From the NCBI GenBank assembly GCA_963674745.2, contig CAXXDV010000001.1, positions 160,001 through 224,000 on the forward strand: a stretch of 64,000 nt of DNA. The letters run 5' to 3'. The stretch comes from Desulfosudaceae bacterium. GTDB lineage: Bacteria > Desulfobacterota > Desulfobacteria > Desulfobacterales > Desulfosudaceae. The position numbers and the translations under genes are program-made. Below the pieces are notes generated by a model, which saw only the letters and a program-made list of their open reading frames with translations, was not told the origin of the DNA and made no database searches. Shown one piece after another: positions 57,938 to 64,000 of the stretch. Every line of letters begins with the position of its first letter. Position 1 is the first letter of the stretch.

Positions 57938-59206
57938 TTATGGGTTTTGGGTTACACAGTTTGCGATGCTTTCTCCGAGTTTCAAGGCGTCATGGTGGAG
58001 TTGTTGTGATTTGTTTTTCAGATGCGCGTTTAAATCTGACCTTTTGTCCATAATGTATTTTGCTTCTGCGCCTATCTCTGATCGGCAGCTTTTTAAATAA
58101 GTGGCATCATAGGGTGTTGTACGCTGCCATTCCAGCATTTCACAGAGGCCTTGCATCTTGTGGTTGTTGACGGACAGCGGGATAAACGGGCAGCCGGCCA
58201 TTGTTCCGAAAATAACATAGTGGTAGTGGCCGGATACCAGAAAGGACGCGCCTTCAAATAGAGGCCACAGGTCGTGAAATTCATGTTCCGGGCCGAAAAA
58301 CAGGGAATCGGTTCTCTCGGCGACATCTTCTAAAAAAAGGCACCAGGGGTCCTTGGCCACAAGAACGGCCTGGAGGCCAAGGGTTGTTTTTAACTCTCTG
58401 ACCAGGGCAGTAACTTCTCCGTCCCACGCACCCCGGGGGGTGCTGACCGGAAGGCCGGAAGCAGACAAACAGAAATAGGTTTGATCGGCCAGGCCATGTT
58501 GGTGGCGCCATTGATCGACCCGGTCTTTTGGATAGTCTTCGGGGTGCAAGGCAAAAACCACGTCCGGAAAACATTGGGCGTTTGTGATGCCAAGCGACTG
58601 AAGGTTGGTCAGAGAACAGGGCTCCCGGGTAGCCACCAGGTCCAGTTTTGGAAAGGTTTCTTGTATCATGCCGGTCATGATCGGACGGACCGTATTCTGT
58701 TGACAGGTGTGGTTGACAATGCAGGCGGGTTTGTCCAGCCGGGTTCTGGTCAGCCAGAGCAGAAAAATGCCGTGACACCCTTCGGAAGTATTGCGATATA
58801 GAGAATTCTCTCCATTGTAAACAACCATGTCTGCTTTGCCGGCCAGGTTAAGGAACTCATCCGCCTGCCCGCCCACGTTGCCCTTGAGCCACTCATTCGC
58901 CCAGCAGTCAAAATCGTCCGCAACCTCGGGATAGAATTTTTCGAGTACGGTGCTACGGTTCACAACCCGACGCGTGAGTCGGCCGCGCTTTTTCTCCGGG
59001 ATTACCCATCCGCCCAGCGCAGATTTTAATCGGCGTTGATAGGAGCTTACCAGCCAGGCGTGCGATAAAGAAGTTATTTTAACATCGGGTATGCTATGTC
59101 TGATAATTTTAGCCAATGAAGGTGGGGTTGCCTGGGCGCCCCAGTTGATATGGGCAGAATTGTCATTCAGGAGAAGGATTCGAACCATTATTTTTTTGCC
59201 GGGCAC
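57938..59206 (-). CDS. Polysaccharide pyruvyl transferase family protein
   Basis: NWG, NGE, RE..S, PDVVF and SGHYH..I....AG.P motifs. Confidence 0.7.
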   Translation of the reverse strand: MPGKKIMVRILLLNDNSAHINWGAQATPPSLAKIIRHSIPDVKITSLSHAWLVSSYQRRLKSALGGWVIPEKKRGRLTRRVVNRSTVLEKFYPEVADDFDCWANEWLKGNVGGQADEFLNLAGKADMVVYNGENSLYRNTSEGCHGIFLLWLTRTRLDKPACIVNHTCQQNTVRPIMTGMIQETFPKLDLVATREPCSLTNLQSLGITNAQCFPDVVFALHPEDYPKDRVDQWRHQHGLADQTYFCLSASGLPVSTPRGAWDGEVTALVRELKTTLGLQAVLVAKDPWCLFLEDVAERTDSLFFGPEHEFHDLWPLFEGASFLVSGHYHYVIFGTMAGCPFIPLSVNNHKMQGLCEMLEWQRTTPYDATYLKSCRSEIGAEAKYIMDKRSDLNAHLKNKSQQLHHDALKLGESIANCVTQNP

Positions 59207-59213
59207 ATAGCCC

Positions 59214-60194
59214 TTAAAGATTTATATCGTGATAAGCCGTCATATCACATCTGGCACAAACCGGCAGTGACGACAGGTCCTTTGCTTCGTGCAATTGACG
59301 AATTCTTCTCAGGCCGGAATCATGCAGCCAGTAATCAGAAATATTTACGTGGCACACGTTACCCATATTGAAATTTCCTTCCATCGTATCCATACAACAA
59401 AGGGTAATCTGTCCATCCCAGAGGATCTGTACCTGTTGCCAAAGAAGAGGGCAAGGCTTGTATATTGAGGGGGTTGGAATCATTGTGTCATCTCTTGTTC
59501 CACCCCAATTATGAACAGGTGTGACACGGACTTCATCAACAACGCCCTGCCATTTTTCCTTTATACGCCTGGCAAGCGGCAGATTGTTGTCATAAAGAGT
59601 GGCTTTAAGCGTAACCCTGCAGTGACTGCCTTTTGCCTTATTGATTTCACAAAAATGGGAAAAATTCGAAACAACCTGATCATAGGCGTCTTTTCCGTTG
59701 AGACGCTGATATTCGGTTGGATCATCCGTATCAAGACTGGCTTTAAGTCTTGTAAGCCCGGCATCCAGAAGTTTTTCAGAAAGATCAGGTTTCAGGGCGA
59801 CACCATTGGTAGCAAAACCGATAACCCCGACATTGGGAACATTACGTGCCGCTTTTACATAATCGACCAGTCGTGAATGGAGGGTTGGCTCTCCGGACCC
59901 GCTGAGGGCGATCTCAGCAGGAACACCTGCTGACGCTATATCTCGCAGTATTTTTTCAAAAAGGTCATCGTCAATAAAACCCCTTGTACGTGTTGTGTTT
60001 ACAAGGGGACATTTAGCGCACTTAAGATTGCAATTATTGGTGAGTTCTATGGCCACCATGGAGGGAAGCGGAAAAGAACCAGGCCTTTTCAGGCGATCTT
60101 GTTTATGCCTGCCACGCAAATAAGTGATTGCAAGACGAGTACCCGGAATCTGTTTTATTCGCTTACGCATCAGATCTGTTAACTGATATGCCAT
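59214..60194 (-). CDS. Radical SAM protein with SPASM/twitch domain
   Basis: IELTNNCNLKCAKC, GEP, PC..LW..DG...CC.D and C..C motifs. Confidence 0.88.
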   Translation of the reverse strand: MAYQLTDLMRKRIKQIPGTRLAITYLRGRHKQDRLKRPGSFPLPSMVAIELTNNCNLKCAKCPLVNTTRTRGFIDDDLFEKILRDIASAGVPAEIALSGSGEPTLHSRLVDYVKAARNVPNVGVIGFATNGVALKPDLSEKLLDAGLTRLKASLDTDDPTEYQRLNGKDAYDQVVSNFSHFCEINKAKGSHCRVTLKATLYDNNLPLARRIKEKWQGVVDEVRVTPVHNWGGTRDDTMIPTPSIYKPCPLLWQQVQILWDGQITLCCMDTMEGNFNMGNVCHVNISDYWLHDSGLRRIRQLHEAKDLSSLPVCARCDMTAYHDINL

Positions 60195-60202
60195 CTAACA
60201 GT

Positions 60203-61393
60203 TTAATCCTTTAACATGCCAAGCATTTTCTTTGTTCGTCGTTTAAAAAATCGATACGTTCTTAAAAAAATACTGGGGTCTTCCGCCTTTCTCTGTGCTG
60301 CCAGTCGTTGTGCCAAAACACGCGACCATTGTCCAGTCGTCCCATGATCCGCAGCCAACGACAACAAAGCTTCGTATCGCACGCGCCTTCGCTCCTTATC
60401 ACCCATTCGTAACTGTCTGATCTGCTGGAGAGAAATATCGTGCTCAAAACAAGGAGGTCGCTCGAGCCCAAGAGCCCTGAATGTCAGGATATTACGCATG
60501 CACTTTTCACAGTTGCAACAATTCCGATCCTTTTGCAGACCCTCCCAACATACTCGCAAATCCGCCAATAATTCCGGAGAACCGGATATAGCCAGAATCT
60601 TATCTGCTCTTGTAAATGCAGCACCATCGGGTATTATCTTAAAATTATCGCTGGAAAGCAGAGGGTCCGTTAATGCGTTAACACCTTCGATAATCTTCAG
60701 GACATCACCATAGGTAACAGTCTGTCCGATTAAGCCTTCCGAAAAGCCCCTGCTAAAAAGGTGCAAACAAGAGGCTATAGCAGCGCCATGGCTGTGGGGC
60801 CAGTCTCCAATTATTTCTCGATAATTCGTAGAAACAGTGAACAACTCGACCCCGAGATTTGACAGTATGCGCCGGGAACGATCTGTCGCTCGTGCAAAGC
60901 CCTGGGGATCATCTAAAGGGATATCAAAACCCTGAACCATTACTGCCGCTGTGAGATTTCTAGGAAAGCGTTCGTAGCCGGCACGTGTGTGTCGAAACGC
61001 CGTAAAGCATGAATCAACGCCGCCTGAAAAAGTCATTATTGCCTTATTGCTTGTACTGTTGATCGAGTCTTCCTGTTCATGATCGGCATAAATGGAAACT
61101 TTTTTATATTTTGGACGCATAACAGACCATGCCGACTGGAATTCGCAGAGATTGCGCAACAATGATGGTGAGACCTGTCCATGGATACGAACGTCAAGAC
61201 CGGTTTCCATCATCAAAAAAACAGCCCCAACAGCAAAATGATCGCTGGAAGTTGCAAGGTGATCTTGAAATTTTTCAGGAACCGTGTATCTAAGGGTTTT
61301 TCTGTCCGCACCAGGAGTTTCAATCACCGCTGAGAGCAGGACTGAACCTTCCTGCGTTAAAGGTTCCTGTGGCCAGATATGCAATGTGTCCAT
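60203..61393 (-). CDS. PP-loop-like (SGGxDS) hypothetical protein with Cys cluster
   Basis: TFSGGVDS and LRVCW..NCCNCEKC.R motifs. Confidence 0.65.
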   Translation of the reverse strand: MDTLHIWPQEPLTQEGSVLLSAVIETPGADRKTLRYTVPEKFQDHLATSSDHFAVGAVFLMMETGLDVRIHGQVSPSLLRNLCEFQSAWSVMRPKYKKVSIYADHEQEDSINSTSNKAIMTFSGGVDSCFTAFRHTRAGYERFPRNLTAAVMVQGFDIPLDDPQGFARATDRSRRILSNLGVELFTVSTNYREIIGDWPHSHGAAIASCLHLFSRGFSEGLIGQTVTYGDVLKIIEGVNALTDPLLSSDNFKIIPDGAAFTRADKILAISGSPELLADLRVCWEGLQKDRNCCNCEKCMRNILTFRALGLERPPCFEHDISLQQIRQLRMGDKERRRVRYEALLSLAADHGTTGQWSRVLAQRLAAQRKAEDPSIFLRTYRFFKRRTKKMLGMLKD

Positions 61394-61406
61394 GCTATGT
61401 TCTTTA

Positions 61407-62618
61407 TCAATTTTTACTGATCGACCAATCAGACTGAGGCACAAGCACTCGATCGGCAATGCTTTCAACCCGGCCTCCGCCCTCTATGGAAATATCCACC
61501 CACTCAGAAAAAAAGCGTTCGGTCAGGCCGTCTTCAGGGTGGGCGATAATTTTGATCCGGGAGGAGTAGATCATGGGCCGAAGCCATAAAGGGGGTAGTG
61601 TGATTTTGAGTTCATACCTACCGGGATGCTGCAATTCAGAAAAGCGCTCTGAGTTGATCGAATCAAGCACCAAATTCAAGCCTTCGGGCGTGACAATACC
61701 TAACTGAACAAACAGATTCCAGTAGCGTTTTTGAATATCAAGCTCAAAGCTGAAGATTAATGGTGTTGATGGATCCAGTGAAGAGCCGGATGGTTCCATT
61801 GTATATCTTCTGATGATAACACCCTGGTCTGATCGATTTGATAAATCTTCCTCATCCCGGGCGGTCACCATACGGCCGTATGTCGTGACCACATCGCTGA
61901 TGGACCCCATAGCTGCTATCTTTCCATCATCCAGAAGCAGGCCTTGTTTGCACAGGCGTGATACGGCACCCAGGTTATGACTGACAAAAAGTACAGTCCG
62001 GCCCTCTTTGGCGACATCGCTCATTTTATCAATGCATTTTTTCTGGAAAGAGGCATCACCAACGGCCAGAACTTCGTCAATCATCATTATTTCGGTTCTC
62101 AGGTGCGCGGCCACCGCAAAGGCCAGACGCAGATGCATACCACTGGAGTAGCGCTTAACGGGCGTATCTATAAATTTTTCGACGCCGGAGAAGTCCACGA
62201 TCTCATCAAACCGATCGGAAATCTCTCGCTCTTTCATGCCCAGGATGGTTCCGCTTAAGAATGTGTTTTCCCTGCCTGTCAATTCCTGGTGAAAGCCGGT
62301 ACCGATTTCAAGCAGGCTGCCGACCCGGCCCGCGATATCGGCTTCGCCTTCGGTGGGAGGGGTGATCCGGGAAAGGATTTTTAAAAGAGTGCTTTTACCG
62401 GAACCGTTTCGCCCGATGATGCCCAGGGTGTCACCACCGTGAAGCTCGAAAGAAACATCACGAAGGGCCCAGAACTCCTCGGCGCTGTTGTGTTTGCGAA
62501 GCGCCATGCGCTTGAGGCCGTCGGCTACTGAACCGACAAGGGTGTCGGGCCGGTTGACGGTCGATTGAACGAGAAATTTTTTTCCGATATTTCTAGCCTG
62601 GATAACGGGAGTAGTCAT
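61407..62618 (-). CDS. wzt: ABC polysaccharide ATPase Wzt with C-terminal extension
   Basis: FWALRDVSF, GRNGSGKST, YSSGM..RLAF and IDEVLAVGD motifs; ~150-aa C-terminal domain. Confidence 0.92.
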   Translation of the reverse strand: MTTPVIQARNIGKKFLVQSTVNRPDTLVGSVADGLKRMALRKHNSAEEFWALRDVSFELHGGDTLGIIGRNGSGKSTLLKILSRITPPTEGEADIAGRVGSLLEIGTGFHQELTGRENTFLSGTILGMKEREISDRFDEIVDFSGVEKFIDTPVKRYSSGMHLRLAFAVAAHLRTEIMMIDEVLAVGDASFQKKCIDKMSDVAKEGRTVLFVSHNLGAVSRLCKQGLLLDDGKIAAMGSISDVVTTYGRMVTARDEEDLSNRSDQGVIIRRYTMEPSGSSLDPSTPLIFSFELDIQKRYWNLFVQLGIVTPEGLNLVLDSINSERFSELQHPGRYELKITLPPLWLRPMIYSSRIKIIAHPEDGLTERFFSEWVDISIEGGGRVESIADRVLVPQSDWSISKN

Positions 62619-62649
62619 GGTGACTGTCTAGCAGGGTTTTAGGTTTTAG

Positions 62650-62925
62650 GTGTTAAGTGATTATGTGGTTAAGTGGTTATGTGATTAGCTTCCTAGCCGG
62701 CTATTTTTTTTGGAATACGTTCTAAAAGAATCATGGTTTTGTTATTTAGAAGCGTCCCACCCGGAAATGGTCCGGTACCAAACCGATAAGTAACAATAGC
62801 CGTTTTGTGGCTTAAAGGGTGATTATGTGTTTATGTGGTTAGCATCCCGATTGGTCCTGTTCCTGGATGAGCTCTAAAAGAAAATATGGTTTTGTTACCT
62901 ATAAGTGATTAAGTGTTAGGTTTTA
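62650..62925. repeat. Junction element: octamers plus the two dispersed repeats shared with 18568-18637 and 22455-22525
   Basis: Direct comparison by eye. Confidence 0.85.
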
Positions 62926-62930
62926 GGCGG

Positions 62931-64000
62931 TTAAAACACCTCTCCCTGCCACAACAGTTGTGAAAACTTTACCGCGGGAATAATTTCTATTCCATCGGTG
63001 GTGATTCTTGGTTTGTCCTCACAGCAGACCACGATTCTTCGTTTGACATCGGAATGGTCCTCTTTCAGGCATCTAAGCCCTTTGAGGTGATTATCCGTTA
63101 TTTTTCTGGAAGCCTTGGCCTCAATGGCTACGTCCATGTTGTTTATTATAAAATCAACTTCCGTCCCACTGGCGAGACGCCAATAATAAAACACGGCTGA
63201 TATTTCATTATACATGTTATACGCGTTAAGCTCATGGAAACACCAGTTCTCAAACCCTTTGCCGAACAATTCTGAACCGATCTCAAGTTTTCCGCGTTTG
63301 GCAAGAAAATTAACGACTCCTACATCTGAAAAATAGAATTTTGCGGATGCCACCACCCGCCTTTTCGGTCGTTTTCGAAAACTGGGCAACCACCGGCCCA
63401 GCAAAGTATCTTCAAGAATCTGAAAATACTCCCTGATCGTCTGGCTGGAAACACCGCAATCGCGGGCAATAGTAGAAAAATTAACCGGTTCGGTATCTGA
63501 AAGTGCCGCCATATTAAGAAAGTCGGAAAAGACGGGCAATTTGCGCACCAGCCCTTCGGCGGCTATCTCTTCCTTCAAGTAATTGGCCACGTAGGCATTG
63601 AGCAATCGCTCCGGTTGTTTTGAGAGATAGATCCGCGGCAAATATCCATGATTCAGTATTCTGGTTAGATCAAAATCAGAACCAAGCTCCGTGGCGCTAA
63701 AGCCAAACAGTTCATAGCGTATCGCCCGGCCGCCTAAAAGGTTGGCGGAACCGCGTTTTACTTTTCTGGCACTTGAGCCGCATAAGGCAAACTGCACGTT
63801 CCGATTTTCGAAAAGCCAATGGACTTCATCTAATAGTTCAGGAAGTTTCTGCACCTCGTCAATAACCACAAAGGGCATTTCCCCCTCCTGGGGCAATTCC
63901 TGCCGGAGAAACTCCGGGTTGTTGAGATAACGACGAAATTCCTCAGCCTTTAATAAGTCAATCCAGACCGCATCCGGGTAGACCGTTTTCAGCAGAGTCG
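62931..64000 (-). CDS. AAA+ ATPase with DUF4143 (#5); 5' end outside the window
   Basis: Frame is open to 64000 (TLLKTVYPDAVWIDLL..). VIDEVQ, CGSSARK, GYLP, KFYFSDVG and EVDF...IEAK motifs. Confidence 0.88.
   Translation of the reverse strand, partial: TLLKTVYPDAVWIDLLKAEEFRRYLNNPEFLRQELPQEGEMPFVVIDEVQKLPELLDEVHWLFENRNVQFALCGSSARKVKRGSANLLGGRAIRYELFGFSATELGSDFDLTRILNHGYLPRIYLSKQPERLLNAYVANYLKEEIAAEGLVRKLPVFSDFLNMAALSDTEPVNFSTIARDCGVSSQTIREYFQILEDTLLGRWLPSFRKRPKRRVVASAKFYFSDVGVVNFLAKRGKLEIGSELFGKGFENWCFHELNAYNMYNEISAVFYYWRLASGTEVDFIINNMDVAIEAKASRKITDNHLKGLRCLKEDHSDVKRRIVVCCEDKPRITTDGIEIIPAVKFSQLLWQGEVF

Noticed and set aside
59214..60194. Second RiPP system around this radical SAM gene
   Set aside because: No PqqD or small precursor nearby; the context is glycan export.
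1..64000. tRNA, rRNA, prophage or RAYT transposase genes
   Set aside because: None recognised by eye; a covariance-model or HMM scan would be needed to exclude small RNAs.

Overview
Bacterial accessory region, probably from a Desulfobacterota-like anaerobe (inferred from gene content only), with most genes on the minus strand. It has four parts. (1) About 2-12.8 kb is a RiPP biosynthesis cluster resembling the SynChlorMet cassette. It has two radical SAM/SPASM enzymes, three PqqD/RRE domains, an HPr-kinase-like protein, an S26-type peptidase, an ABC exporter and a nucleotidyltransferase. An 88-aa ORF inside the operon has a YxxP leader and six regularly spaced Cys repeats, and is a strong precursor candidate. 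(2) At 9.5-13 kb, six CGTC-type REP/MITE-like modules alternate with two near-identical small GIY-YIG nuclease genes, two 5'-stub derivatives of them and the nucleotidyltransferase gene. (3) At 15.2-27.1 kb is a defence/TA island: four AAA+/DUF4143 ATPase-nucleases, two AbiE pairs, UPF0175/DUF3368, MazEF and a RelBE-like pair. Its modules are separated by recurring non-coding junctions (octamer arrays, a CCTGC-GAA-GCAGG hairpin, 65-170 bp dispersed repeats), and no integrase is visible. (4) At 27-62.6 kb is a large surface-polysaccharide locus with both Wzx/Wzy and Wzm/Wzt systems, FnlABC, a VioA-like aminotransferase, NeuB, a NeuA-HAD-methyltransferase fusion and a sulfotransferase. It is interrupted by a decayed IS1380-family element and a Schlafen/AlbA_2 gene. 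A fifth AAA/DUF4143 gene runs off the right edge. No rRNA, tRNA or CRISPR array was recognised. All family calls come from motif recognition by eye, not database searches.
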